NCBI GenBank assembly: GCA_047967505.1 | Contig: CM106538.1 | Length of the DNA stretch: 64,000 nucleotides | Origin: Dipteris shenzhenensis | Taxonomy: Eukaryota | Reading direction: 5' to 3' (one strand) | Shown here: one piece after another, positions 11,521 to 25,069 of the stretch | Position numbering within the stretch: the stretch's first letter is position 1 | How the letters are laid out: every line of letters starts with the position of its first letter | Notes under the pieces: generated by a model | What the model saw: only the letters and a program-made list of their open reading frames with translations | What the model was told of the DNA's origin: nothing | The model's database searches: none | Made by a program: the position numbers and the translations under genes

Positions 11521-13637
11521 TGTTTGGTCTTCCATGTGTGTGAACCCTACTTTGATGTTGGTAATCGTGCCAGGTATCACTTTGCAATCCTAGCCAACAT
11601 CATGGAAGCAAATGATTGGTTATGTGTTGCATGTTCTTATCAGCTCACAGCTCACGCTCGCCACCTGTACTTGCCTTGCACCAGTGTTCACAAAAAACCT
11701 ACAAAGCCTTACAATGAAACTATAAAGTTTCAGGTTTCACCTGATAATTTTCTATTTGTAGGTTTATGGGAATTGTTCTTGTAAGTGTTTCATAGGGATT
11801 TGACTTGGAAGATCAAAAATGCAATTTTTATTGGTTTTCATTCATAAAACATGAGTGTTTTTTAGTGCACTAGAATCTAAAATCAAGGTTTTTAAACCTT
11901 GCATGCTTAGCATATATAAAAAGGTTAATTTTATATATCTTTACATAAATTTCTTTTTAAAGAGAGAGCCTAGTTGATGGAGGATCACGATAACCTAGTT
12001 TATGGAGGAGGTTCAAGATAACCTTATCTCCCTGTAGCCTATAAGGCTTTGCCATGCTAAGCCTCCTCTAACATAATTTGAAAGAGGATTTTCCCTCTTT
12101 CACTAGTCAACCACTTCCACCTACTCCCTCTCCAACTTCTCCATTCGTTGGCTTCTCGCTCCTCCACACACCTACAAGCTGTCTCTCCTAAAATGATGAG
12201 ACTATGACTTCAAGCTCAATACAATACCAAAAAGTCGAGTTCTTGATCTCTACAAGTGATTTTCAACCATCTATTGGAGATGCTTTAGTTCCTGCATCCC
12301 ATGCTTTACCTTGCATGTTCTTCACATAATAACACTTTGGGCTTGTGCACTGTAACGCAAGTCCTAGCTCTTGAGTCCTCAAGCTATTAGGTCTTGGATC
12401 TTGAGTCCTCAAGCTAACAACGATCCTCGAAGGTGCTCCTACCTCCGTTCTACACGCAATTTGCAAATCAAAAGGTTGCAGTATAAAACGAAAGAATACT
12501 TCATGAGAGATCATGCTGCAAACTTTGTTGACAAGAATGCATCAAAACTATTATCATAAGAAAGAAAGCGACAAGAACAAGGTGGCTCCTCTTCGTAGTG
12601 TTCATGTTTTCACTACTAGGAGGGATGCTAAGAGTTCAATCCTCACTGCATCTCTTCTACTAATTTGTGTGGTGTTCAATCTTGTTGCATCTCTTCTACT
12701 TCGTGTGGTGTTAGCCTTGGCCCCTCTTTGTTTTGCTTTTGCACTCCTTCATATGCTAATATGTTATTGTGTTTAACTCTTATGGCTTTACTTGATGACC
12801 GGAAAGCAGATCTTCTAGTCTAGCTCTCTACCCTTCTCATATTCTTGACTACATGAGAAATAGATTGGGCATAGCATTGATCTACTGTAGGCATTCTAGG
12901 TAATTGAATTTGAGGGATTGGATTTTTGTTTATCAAATCAGCAAATCTCGGGGGTAATAAGTTGGAAAACAGAGGTCAAGACTGCTTGCTACAGCCAACA
13001 CTCCCTGCAGCGGAAGATTATAAAGCATATGCCTAGAAAACACATGGTCAAATCCCACTTCTTTCCTTAATTTGTACAACATAGAGAGATACATACAGAC
13101 TTAGATCTTTGAACAGTGCCACACTAGAGTAGAACAGTTGATCATATATTTGTAGATTGCTAAAAACAATATGGACAAAACCTGAAACAATAGAATGTGT
13201 TCAGTGTGCTACCCTCTATAGCACACAGGGTGCTGCCTAGATAGGGATATCTGACCACCCACAACTGTCATCTACCTACTTCTAGCACCTTGGATCTCTA
13301 TCAGCCTGCATGCTCTCCTAGAGCTTCAATGGGCTGCGTAGTGATGCCCTACAAATAGACAATTTTGCTGCTCCAGTGGACAGCCAATGGTAAGGCACTG
13401 TTTGCGAGTAACACATTGCCCAAAATTTCTGGTTTTCATTGTAGACATCCATAGTCACAACTCAAATTTCTGAGTGGATTGAGACATATGATTGCATGAG
13501 CTCTTGCAAGATGGAGAGAATGTCCATGGGCTGCTCTTCATATTCCTCTCTGTTGGTTGTCAAGCCAATTGTCTCGACGTTGTTGACTCTACACAAGCTG
13601 GCAGCAGCAGGAGAACTAGGTGAGTTGCGAAGTATGA

Positions 13638-13751
13638 AACATCCATCTGATGTAAAGACCATCCCTTTGATGCAGCCATAGCAATGGCTACTCTTACAGT
13701 TGCCATCCTTGCAACCGGGCTGAAAGTTTATTCATAATCAATGCCATATTT
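13638..13751 (-). mobile_element. Short Ty1/Copia reverse-transcriptase fragment
   Basis: Translates [37 protein letters not shown], the hallmark Copia RT segment. Confidence 0.85.
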
Positions 13752-15247
13752 TGTTGGCAACACCTTGGTCAACATGTATGCCAAATGTGGCTCACTTGCA
13801 AAAGCACAAGAAGTGTTTGACAAGCTGCTAGTTCGAGATGTAGTTTCATGGGAACATACTAATTGCAGGATATGCTGAACACGGGATTGGTGAGGAAGCA
13901 CTGAAATGTTTTGAACAGATGCTATTGAAGGCTCTCTCTCCAAATGCTGTCACATTTGGGTGCTGTTTGAAAGCTTGTGGGAGCATAGGAGCGCTAGACA
14001 AGGGTCGAGAATTTCACACGGAGATTGCAAGGCAGGAATTAGATAGAGCTCCTTTTGTTGGCAATGGCTTAGTTGACATGTATGCCAAATGTGGCTCGCT
14101 TGCAGAAGCACGGAAAGTGTTTGACAAGCTGCTACTTCGGGATGTAGTGTCATGGAACATACTCATTGCAGGATATAATGACCATGGACTTGGTGAGAAA
14201 GCACTGAACTATTTTGAACAGATGCAACGGGAGGATGTCTCTCCAACTGCTGTCACTCTAGTTTGCAGCTTGAAAGCCTGTGAGCATAGGAGCCATAGAC
14301 AAGGGCCAAGAATACACACTGAGATTGCCATAAAGGAATTGGACAGAGATCCTTTGGTTGGCAATGCCTTGGTCGACATGTATGCCAAATGTTGCTCCCT
14401 TTCCAAAGCACAGGCAGTGTTTGACACACTGTTATTTCGAGATGTAGTGTCCTGGAACATACTAATCGCAGGATATACTGAATTCGGGTTTAGTGATGAA
14501 GCACAGAATTGTTTTGAACAGATGAAACATGAGGGTATCTCTCCAAATGCTGTCACATTTGTTTGCAGCTTGAAAGCTTGTGGCAAAATTGGAGCCATAA
14601 ATAAGGGCCGAGAAATCCATGCTGGGATTGTGAAACAGGAAATGGAAATATTTCCTGGTGTTGGCAACACCTTGGTTGACATGTATTCCTAATGGGGCTT
14701 GTTTGCCAAAGCACAGGAAGTGTTTAACAAGGTGCTAGTTCAAGATGTGGTCTTGTGGACTGCACTTATTGCAGGATATGCTGAATGTGGGCTTGGTGAG
14801 GAAGCATTGAATCGGTTCAAAGAGATGCAAGTGGATTGTGTCTCTCCGAATGCTATTACGTTTGTTTACAGCTTGAAAGCTTGTTGCAGCATTGGAGACA
14901 TAGACAGGGGCCAAGAAATACATGCTGAGATTACCAGACAACAGGAATTGGACAGAGATCCTTTTCTTGGCAATGCCTTGATCGACATGTATGCCAAAGG
15001 TGGCTGGCTTGCAAAAGCACAGGAAGTATTTGACAAGTTGCTAGTTCGGGATGTAGTCTGCTGGACTGCACTTATTGCAGGATATGCTGAACATGGGCTT
15101 GGGGAGGAAGCACTGAACTGTTTCCGACAGATGCAACTGCAGGGTGTCTCTGCGAATGCTGTCACCTTTGCTTGCAGCTTGAAAGCTTGTGGTAGCATAG
15201 GAGCCGTAGGCAAGGGCCAAGAAATACATGCTGAGATTGCCAGATAG
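13750..15247 (+). pseudogene. PLS-class pentatricopeptide-repeat (PPR) pseudogene/fragment, about five PLS triplets
   Basis: Five ~303-bp units ([32 protein letters not shown]...PNAVTFxCSLKAC...). Lesions: +1 frameshift near 13851, compensated -2/-1 shifts near 14281-14313, TAA at 14690-14692, TAG at 15245-15247. No start region and no E/DYW domain. Confidence 0.9.
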
Positions 15248-15249
15248 GA

Positions 15250-15710
15250 CTTTCAACATTTGGTTGTAATATTCAACCTTTGATGTCGTTACAAGGACAC
15301 CTTCTCATTGTTTTGAAAGTAGCTCGACACTTGGTCGTATCATTTGACTGTATGTGTCGTCTCTCAACCTTAGAAGAGTAATAGGATTCAACACTTTGTC
15401 GTTTATTCGACTTTTGGTGTTGTTTTTAGATATATAATTTATAAAATAAGTAGGCTTTGACACTAGGTCGTTTATTCAGCTTTCAGTGTTGTCGTAGCTT
15501 ATTTCATAAAACAAATGTTTAAAATTCGACACATGGTCATTTATTTGGCTTTCAGTGTCATTGTAGGTTATCAGTGTTGTATGATAGTTTCGGCTTCAAC
15601 ACTTGGTCATTTATTCAACCTTTTATGTTGTTGTACTTAACATTATTAAATTTAATTGTCCAAGCTTTGACACTTAGTCATTTGATTTGATGTTCGTGTC
15701 ATTGTAGCTT
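15250..15710. repeat. Array of 7 hairpin-forming ~40-bp repeats with variable AT-rich spacers, period ~64-71 bp
   Basis: Units start near 15253, 15323, 15387, 15457, 15525, 15595 and 15666; consensus TTCGACACTTGGTCGTTTATTCGACTTTCAGTGTCGTTGTAG. Confidence 0.8.
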
Positions 15711-15734
15711 GCATAGTCCTCTTTGGAAATATTT

Positions 15735-17789
15735 TGTGAGAATGTAGGGCTCATCAATAGACAATGAACCAACCAGATATAGAAGCTAACCAAACAATAT
15801 ATTTCCATCCAAAACTATGGACACAACAAAAGAGAGAGAGATCCAAAGTCCCACCAGAGCATGGTACTTTGATCTTACCACAAGGTACTTCTCCTATGTG
15901 CCGGATATCTCTAGACTCGAGCCCGCGTGGTCCATCTCGAGTGGATGTAGACTTTATGTCTACATCCTTCTACCTTACTTCTTGTGTATAGCCTAGGTAG
16001 GCAGCCCTCTGTGAGCTAAGTCTGTAGCTCCTCAGCCAAGTTCACCTTCTAGTCATAGGCCAAAAGATGATGTCTGAGGGCTTGGAGTCCCAACACATCG
16101 TGGTACTTTAATCTTACCACAAGGTACTTCTACTATCTTATGGATATCTTTAGACTCGAGCCCGCGTGCTCCACCTCAAGCAGATGTAGACTTTATGTCT
16201 AGATCCTTCTACCTTACTTCCTGTGTATAGAATAGGTAGGCAGCCTTCTATGAGCTAAGTCTGCAGCTCCTCAGCCAAGTTCACCTTCTGGTCATAGGCC
16301 CAACTGGTGCTACTCTGCTGCTCCTTCCTGCTCCCTGAAGTGCTGCTCCACTTTGCTTGAGCTGGATGGTGATTTGATGCTTCTAAAATGTTTTTCTTGT
16401 CTATCAGCAAGATTGCTGGTCGAATCTTAAGTTCTACATTCTCTACCCATTCTTTTGGCTATGTTTTGGCGACATTCAGTGGTTTTAGGAGTTCTACACA
16501 TCTATTGGCTATTTCAGATAGTTTTGCATCAATTGTACTTGGTGATTTTACAGAGAACTACCTCCTAATTGTTAAAGGGGAGATAGAATAGTTAGTTTGT
16601 CTTCCAAGGCCCATTTTGGTTGCATCAAGGATTCTGGAATACTGTTTTCAAATACCAGCATTACTCAAGGCCAAGTGCTTGAACCTCCAACACAGTGGAT
16701 CTTTCCAAACACACAAAGATGCATAAAGAATTCTGAACCCACAAACTGTAAAGAATAGAGAGAGAGATCAACATAGCTTCAAGGAGTTGCAAACATCCAG
16801 CAAACTACTACACGAAAGGACAGCCAAGGAAGACTACGCAAATCTAAGGTATACAGACAAGAAAGGTGGCCAAGTTTTGCTCTTGCATGCCTCTTGTGAA
16901 GGGCTTCGATAGGATAGAAGTCCGGCCACCTATGGCTTCTCTTCTACGCAGCCAACACCCTTACCAGGCCAACCTAGTCAGTAAACCAAATCGAACAGAT
17001 CTAGGTTGACCCTGGTCTGTAAAAATAACCTCCTTTGCAGGTCTGCTAACCTACTTGTACCCAACCTGTTCCATCCCAGTCATTGCTGCAAAACCAGCTA
17101 CAGGTCTTACACTAACCTTGCACTGTTCCACGGAGTGCTCCAACCTGTATTGCACCCCCCAAAGCAGCCTATATAGTAGGTGCATGCCCCACACTCTATC
17201 CTGCCACTGCATTGCTCTCGACAAGGTCTTTAGTGGCTTAGGGAGGAGCCCCAAAATGCTTCTGCTACTACATTGCTCTCAACGAGGTTTCAGGGGTTTA
17301 GGGAGGATCCCCAAAATGCCTTACTTCAGCACTCTATTTGCTGCAGGTGTTAAGCATAGATGATATATGAAGGCCCCTCCTTTTATAGGCCCCCTTGGGA
17401 GCTGGCTATCAAAAATCGGCCAGTTAGCCCTAATGGCCGACTGGCTTGTTGGCCGACTTGGTTGGCTGGTTCTGTTGCCCCCTGCAAGCGCCCTTTTGGC
17501 CTGCCATGTGCCAACTCTGTTCCACCTCCTGTGCACCTCTGCCACGGGCCTATTCCAGCCTGTACATTCACACCATGCTATGCCTCTATCAACCCACTAG
17601 CTCTGTCTTGATAGCTACCCACATGGCAACCTGTATGCTACCCATGTGGCAGCCCCCTCTCCACCATAAGTCCCTTGCCCTCATGACAGCCAAGATGTTG
17701 CCCATGTGGCAGGCCATTCCACCTATGGTCCACCCCCCAATGCACTCCTCATTTGGGGGCTCACAGATGGGGAGGTGACCATTCCAACA
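15735..17789 (-). mobile_element. LTR-like repeat region related to 4175-5337, with internal tandem duplication
   Basis: Same terminal motifs as 4175-5337; minus-strand CCTATAAAAGGAGGGG TATA-like box near 17374-17389; ~215-bp duplication 15847-16062 / 16086-16301. Confidence 0.5.
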
Positions 17790-19357
17790 CATTAACAGGG
17801 GCTTTTAAGTTTTCTAACACATTTGGAGTAGACTCCTAAAAAATGCAATATTTACTTCAGACTCCTTGCATAAAAATAGCTATATGGCATCCAAATGTCT
17901 GTGACCAAAAGGGGTACCCAATCCTCCATGAGTGGGACCTAGCAATATGAGTAGACTACTCTAAAATGAGCCTGCAGTAGGTTGCAGCTGCCCTGGTCAG
18001 CTCCAAAATGCAACACGAGCCCTGAGGTCTGCAAAAAAACTACCGACAATGTCTCTTACAAGCAGCACCTAGATGGTGCATGCACTTTAGCCTGTGCAAA
18101 GCCTATTTGCTACAGAAAATAGAAAACTAGAGGAGCAGGTGCATAACAGGTCAGAACCTATAGCAGAACAGGTCAAAATCAAAACAGCAGCTGCAAATTA
18201 GCCTGTGCAAGAATTTCAACACTGAAACAAGTACTGTCTGCCCTGAAAATAGTTGAAGAGCTTCAAAATTTGCACCAGAGCTTCAAAACCTGCAGGCACC
18301 TTACTTCAAGCTGCTAGCTCAGGGTAGTGGCTACAAGAAAACAGGACAACTATGGCTATAGGTGGAGTTTTCCCATGACAGAAGTCCTCTCCCGAACTTG
18401 GAATGGAGTTGGGGAGTGCAGGGCAACATAAGCAGGTTCTAATACCAAATGTGAGAGAGGGGGATGCTAAAGCAAGAAAACTTGACATGAAGTTACAACA
18501 AACTAAACTCAAGCACTAACCATGGTTAGAGGGGAAAACCTTAGAAGGAAAAAGTATCCCTAACCCTCCTAACTTATCAAAGGGAGGTAGAGTATGACCA
18601 CATTCTTGAAGCATCTACTGACCTCAACACTCATGCCCTAGAGCCCCAAATAGTGGAAGACACATTACACTTTTACTTTAACATCCTTAGAGATCCTCCA
18701 TTTAGTACCACTTAGATCTCACCAATCCCCTTCCCCCACTTAAAATTTTGATGTCATCCACTGCCACTCTGTTCTTGCACATCCCATCCTAGAAATGGCC
18801 TTTTTCAAAAGTCATCATAAGTTTGAAGAGGACCACGATATCTGACACCTCCCTTTGTGCCCTATAATCCTTAATTTTTGTAGTTGGTGAAGGTGGCTTC
18901 TACTAGAGTCCTCCCTTTTTGCTGCTAACCTAGAAATTTATCAAATCCTAGCAACCTCCCTACCTAGGTGTGCATCTGACATTCTATAGTTGAGGGCCTT
19001 GGGTGGCTACACGAACATGGTCGAAGGAAGCTAAAAAAATTGACCACTATCTTTTGGCTCACGGAGTGCTGCAATACCCTCCCGCATGTATTATCTAGCT
19101 GTATAATAAAGTCATAGAAGCTATGCAACATCGATGAAGGTTTTAGCCATTTTGAAACCAAGCATGTTGCTTATCCCCATACACTTTCCAAAGAGGAAGT
19201 TAATATGGCCATTTCAATCTTTAACTCCACCACTCACCACCATGCTTTTGAGCTCTTGCACCCACAATATAATTTGAATTGCCTTGCTACTTCTCCATAT
19301 CTTAACTTTGCTAAAACCACCACTTCCATCCCTTCAACACAACCATCTTCCTCACAG

Positions 19358-19438
19358 CCCTTTGCCACCACACACCTGGGGTTGGTAGAGGCTCTACAAC
19401 CCTTCGCCACCACACACCTAGGGTTGGTAGAGGCTCTA
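19358..19438. repeat. Tandem duplication, ~42-bp unit x2
   Basis: CCCTT(T/C)GCCACCACACACCT(G/A)GGGTTGGTAGAGGCTCTA occurs twice. Confidence 0.85.
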
Positions 19439-20467
19439 TAGAAACAATACAGGACCCTCCCAATGACTTTACTCCTAACCTAAGTTGTGCCTCTTGAGGA
19501 TCTCCCTAGCAATAGCCTTCCATAGAACTAGACCAATTGCCAACAAATGGCAGGACCATGTTGACAATATACTAGTAGATGATTCTAAGTGGCACCGAGA
19601 CTTGAACAACTCCCCACCTTTTGAGCACTGGCCAACCTTAGTTTGTGGAAGGGAAATTGCATAGTTTTGATCTCAAGGCCATCAACATTATGGAAGTTTG
19701 AGCACTTACAACTTTCATTAAGCATATGTTCTGCAATTGGGAGGCCACCCATAGGCTAGAAGGAAGAGGTGGCTACCAAGAGCCCGACCCCAACATAGTG
19801 CCTACTATTGATGTAGCTACAAGAGTCCTAGAGAGTGCCATTTTTTATGTATCTGCAAGAGTCCTAGAGAGTGCCATTTTTGAAGAAGCAGGAATTTTGG
19901 TGTAGCCATTGTAATGCCTACGGCTCTCACCATATTCATTTGACCTATATGCCAATGCCCCACCAATGGAAGTGGTCTCTTTTTCAAAAAATGTGGATGA
20001 ATGACCCCAATATCATCAATAATTTTCTCGCTTCAACTTTCCTCTAGTCCGGCATGTCTTATGGCCTTATATTGCAAATAATGTACTACATCAATAGGAA
20101 TGAAGTAGTCCTAATCTAGTGGTGGTCACCTTGAACCACTACTTTCGCCTCTTGATCATTTGTTACGAGACATTCTAAAGCAGCACCCAACACTTGAAGA
20201 AAGAAATCTAAACATTCGACCCATGAGATTGTGTTCAAAATGGATAAAGGGCCCAATTTCAAATAGGTCATATGCATGAACTTCCAATTTTGCAATCTCC
20301 ATGCATCTCACATACAAACATTTGAGGACATGCATGACACATTTTTGGGAGCCTTGGTCCCCTTTTTGCAGAATCTCCCAAAGGCATTTTGACTGCCACT
20401 CCCTTGTGCAGCCCATGCCGACAACTAGCCTTTTCCACACAAGGTAATCCAAGGATGGATCAACTAC

Positions 20468-21000
20468 AAGAAGGGGGGCATGTTAAACCCCAAGAGATAG
20501 AGTGAAAGAAAGGCTATAATAGGAATGGAATCTCGCCTTGGCATGGCCAAGTGCTTGTAACATGAGAAATAGATAGGGTGGTGAGAAGGAGTAGGGTTGG
20601 CCCTCCCTTCAAAAGCTGATATATATAAAAGCTAAAAGGTTTGACTTTTGTAAGTGTGCAAGTTTGAGAAATAGAAGATTTCCTTCTTTCGAGAGGTGTT
20701 GTCCATGTTTCTCATGTTCTTGCCTTTGTGAATGCCTCTCATCCCCTTTCTCCTTCTTGCTCCATGCATTCCCTCCCCTTATTTCTCTTCCCTCTCCTCT
20801 CCTTCTCTCTTTCCCCTTTCTTTCTCTCCATTCCCTTCTTGAGGATTCACATTGTTCCAACTCTGGAAGCCATTGAAGTGACACCTTGGACTGCATGAGC
20901 TTGCATTGCTCCAACAAGTAGTAGTAAGAGATGTGGCATTCCCTTGGCATTCCTCCAAGATGAGTCACCCTATCGAAGACTACACACCAGACCTTTTGCA
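20468..21000 (+). mobile_element. PPT plus LTR (Gypsy-like 3' LTR candidate), related to ~28300-28847
   Basis: AAGAAGGGGGGCA precedes TGTTAAA; shares AGGGTTGGCCCTCCCTTCAAAAG..TATAAAAG, TGCATTGCTCC and ATGAGTCACC..ACACACCAG blocks with the 28.3-28.85 kb copy; ends in ..GCA. Confidence 0.55.
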
Positions 21001-24000
21001 TGGCAGGGCAATATCATTTCCCAAAGTGCAGCTCTAAGAGCAAGATGATTTGGACAATTTAAGAGCAATACAATTTGGGAATTAGAGGGATTTGGAGCTA
21101 GATGGATCTAGCCAAGTGGAGGTGCCTTGTTTATGTCTGACCTCCATTGGGAAGTAGCTCGAGATGCTGCACCTTGGCCAATTGTAAGGCCTAAGAGCTC
21201 AATAATCTCTTGCCAAATATTATCTTGAGATCAACATTTGTCTCTTTCCAAATTTTGTCTTGAGATCAACATTCTCTTGCCAAATTTTGTAATTATACAA
21301 ACACATTACTACTAGATCATGCATAATGAAACAAACAAGTTTCTCCTCTCATATTCTCTTGCCAATTGGTGGATCTACTTATACTATTACAGTGACTCCA
21401 TAATGCACTAGCAATGTGGGACTCTATGTTGCCTAATTGATCTTGAGAGTATTTAATACCATGAATATAAGATTTTGCACATTGATAATGATTCTATGGT
21501 TGATTTGTTCCCTTATACCTAACATGTGGGTAGTCCTCATGCCTTTTTTCCATTCAAAGTTACTAGCATGGAGGTGCAAATAGGTACATTGTGGTGGTAG
21601 CCAGCTATGTCACCAACTAGGTTGAAGTAAAGCCTTTGAGAGAGAACACTATAGGAAGCACAATGAGGTTCTTGTATGAGAATATCCTATTTTGGTTTGG
21701 ATGCTTGATTGAAATCGTGGGCGGTGGCCGCTTGCAACATAAGGACTCATGGAAAGTGGAGTCACTTGTGCTCTTGTCTTAATGTGAGTATTCTTGGATG
21801 GGCTAGTCATAGGTTCTTTTGTTTCTACCCTGGTGTTAGGGGTAGGTCCTTGTGCGGCTACCGTTGTGGATGATTCTGAGAACATGGTATCAATAGGTGC
21901 TCCAAGGGTGAGTGGAGTAGTGAGGTTGTGGGTCTTAGGCACCCAAATATAAGAAGTCGACCACTTACTATCCAAGGGAGAATGGTTAAGAGGAGGACAT
22001 AAACAAAATGATTAAGAAATCCTTGCAAGACTATGATTGAAAATTTCCATGGTTAGAATCACAAGCTACAAGGTTCTATCACATAGCCTTCAAGAGTCAC
22101 AATGAAGCACATGCCTTTGCAACTTACATTTGGTTAGGAGATAGTTGTGTATGTACCAGCCTAAGGATTGCATGCAACATATGAATGGTCAAGAGAAAGC
22201 ACAAATTAATAGCTGGATGAATCAATGAAAATTGGTGAATTGTACCTAAGGGCAACCTGGCCACAAATTAGTAAAATCCAAAGAAATTCAATAAGCATGG
22301 CATGAATAACACATCAAAAAGCATAGAAGAAAAGTTGATCGTACTCTATAGTGCCAAGCTAAGGGCAAATGAATGAAATTTTCATCAACTATGGGTTAGC
22401 CTATACTTAAACAAATGTTGTAATGGTAATGAGAATGTGATTCTTGAAGATCTAGAGGGGAATTAGTTGCCAACAAGCAGCTATCAAAAATTGCATGAGC
22501 AAGTGGCTTTTTCCAACCCTCTATGCCAAGGGTCCTTTTGCCTTGCAATATACCACCCTTGATTATGGAAGGTAGTGTGTGTAGACATCAAATTTCAAAC
22601 TGAGTATCTTGTCATCCACAAGCATTGCACTATCAACATGCACTAATGGAGAGAAATCAGCTCTACAAAAAACATGCAAGTCCAATGTAGAAGCTTGCAA
22701 ACCATATTAATATAACATCATGAGTAGTAGAGAATTTTCAAGTTGTGTCTCCCTGAATTACATCTAACCTCATTACTATCCCCTCGAAATTTTACAAAAC
22801 CCCCCTTTGATCCCAATTTTCCATGCTATAGTACGAAGTAAGCTTCTTTAAAATGGTGTTTTGATTTGACAAATCAAAGAAAGACAACCAAATAAGTAAT
22901 GCTAGTAATTTCCTCTAGAGATTCCTCTTTGAAGCCTAGCCAATCTCTTCATGCATTTTACCATTCAAGGCAAGGTCTACTTTACGCAACATTCTTGAAA
23001 AAATTCATGATGATAGTGAACCCTCCCTCAAGAGATACACATAAAATTTGATAGTTATTTCCACTGGCAAGTCAAAACCTATTGTAGAGCTAGTCAATAC
23101 AATTAACGTGTCATCATAACGTAACCACATCTATTGCACTCAAACAAGACATGCCCCAAAGGCTATATAGTGTCACCTTCATTAATAATGAATTGTTGCT
23201 TCAAGTTGTTGGTCCTCTCAATTATTGTCTCATTATAAAAAAATTCGTTGCCAATCCAAACACAAAATTCCGTGCCTCTTATTTGTCCATACAATCACAA
23301 GCTATAATAAATTTAAGATCATGTACTAGCATAAGAGTCAATTAGAACATTACCGTATTAAGATTATGAAATTGTATCTTGCACTTGAAGTCACTCCATG
23401 TTGATCCCCGACTTCTTTGCTACTCACATATTGTCCTAAGATCTTTCATTTCGAGTCATTGTTCAGCTCCACGATGTCCAAATGGTTTAAATTTTTCAAG
23501 TTCATTTTGAATCCTTTTCCTAGTTGCCATCTCAACCAATGTGTTTCCATTCAAGGGATCAACTATCCCAACATACTCATCTTGTTTAAGTTCTTACTTT
23601 TTAAAGCATTTCTCTTCCTTTCTTAGCTTCCATTTGTTTCTCAACATCACTATGTGCTATAAAATATAGAAAGAAGTTCAAGTGAAATATTATTACCAAG
23701 CTATGCATTTAGTCAATGCCAAGCTATAAGCATAAGTATTGAAGCAAACTTACTAGTAACATGTCAATGGATACCAATGAACCATCCCTGTTCTTGCTTA
23801 TTCCTTCCCTTTTTTCACTCTTATGTAGAGGAATAAAGAAGTATTATTAGAGCCAAGAACAACTAGAGATAGATAAAAGAGGATGCATAGTGAAAATAAG
23901 ATAGTGTTTAAAACTTCCTCATGATCCTTTTGTGTAAATCCATCTACAAACCAAGACGGGTCTCTTTCTCCAAGTTATCTAACCAAATAAAGCATATCAC

Positions 24001-24539
24001 ATAATTCTATTGCAAAAAGGCCTCTTCTTTTGTCTTACAGAAAAGATAATCTCAATGAACCTCCAAATCATTTCTCAAGATGATATATTTGTTGGTTCAT
24101 GGATTGAACAATGAGGCAAAGATGGAATCACAATGAACACTTCTTTATTCACGAGTGGTTACATATCTAGGCAACTGCCTCCATGTTGGTAGATCCTAGA
24201 TCCACAATCATCTCCATGATTATCTCAATCAGTCACTTCCTATGATCACTCCAAATCCACACATCACACCAACCTGACATACCCAACTGCCAAGTCACTA
24301 GAACCTTCTAGCACACCTACACTCACACACTCCTAGCATAGGATTCCTAGCCCATAGGCACACACACACACATACATCAATTTGCCCTTCATTCCCCCCC
24401 ACAAATTGATGATCTCATCCCTCATCAGTAGTACATGGGATGCTCCATGGCTTGCCCACCATCATGTGGCAACACACATGGCCCCAACCTATGACTCACT
24501 CCTAGGACTCTTGGCTTACAACTGGGAGATAGACAACGA

Positions 24540-24990
24540 CTATGTATGGAAATGAGTCCAACAAGGAAAAATCTCACACAAAAGACCAAGAATAATTTAA
24601 GGATGGACTAGCATTCTTTTTCAAAATGTCCAGGTTTTCCACAAAAGTTGCACTTCATTTTGCTCTTGCCCTTGAAGTTGCTTTTGGCCAAATATGCCCC
24701 ATGTTCTTTGTAGTCATTTCTCTATTTGATTTTCCTTTCCTCTTCCAAGAGGGATGCCACAATTTCCACCAAACTAATCTCTAGTATATTGGTGAGTGTG
24801 GTGACAATAGTGCCATATTCCTTAGTTAGGCTTCTAAGTAAGATAGCAGTTACAATGTCTTCATCAAGATTAAACTTGATGCTAGATAACTAAGTCAGTA
24901 TGCTCTTAATGGAATTTAAATGTGAAGAGATGGATTCTCCTCTATCCAATTTTAGATCAAAGAATTTGATGAGCAAGCTAAACTTAGAAC
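24540..24990 (-). mobile_element. Decayed Copia gag fragment
   Basis: KLDRGESISSHLNSIKSILT*LSSIKFNLDEDIVTAILLRSLTKEYGTIVTTL, then a CNFCGKPGHFEKEC zinc knuckle. Confidence 0.7.
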
Positions 24991-25069
24991 ATCTCCCCTG
25001 TGCTCCAACAAAAACATGCTCAAGATGAGTCCAAGCAGCATGAGCAGTCTCACAAAGGCAATAAAATAT

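Noticed and set aside
14690..14692. PPR stop codons as sites rescued by U-to-C RNA editing
   Set aside because: Such editing is organellar; this locus is nuclear and also frameshifted, and this TAA replaces an AAA codon.
15250..15710. CRISPR array call for the repeat-spacer block
   Set aside because: Eukaryotic context, no cas genes, and repeats too degenerate; kept only as a structured repeat array.
21000..24500. Possible decayed coding or transposon sequence
   Set aside because: No diagnostic motif could be read in the frames examined.
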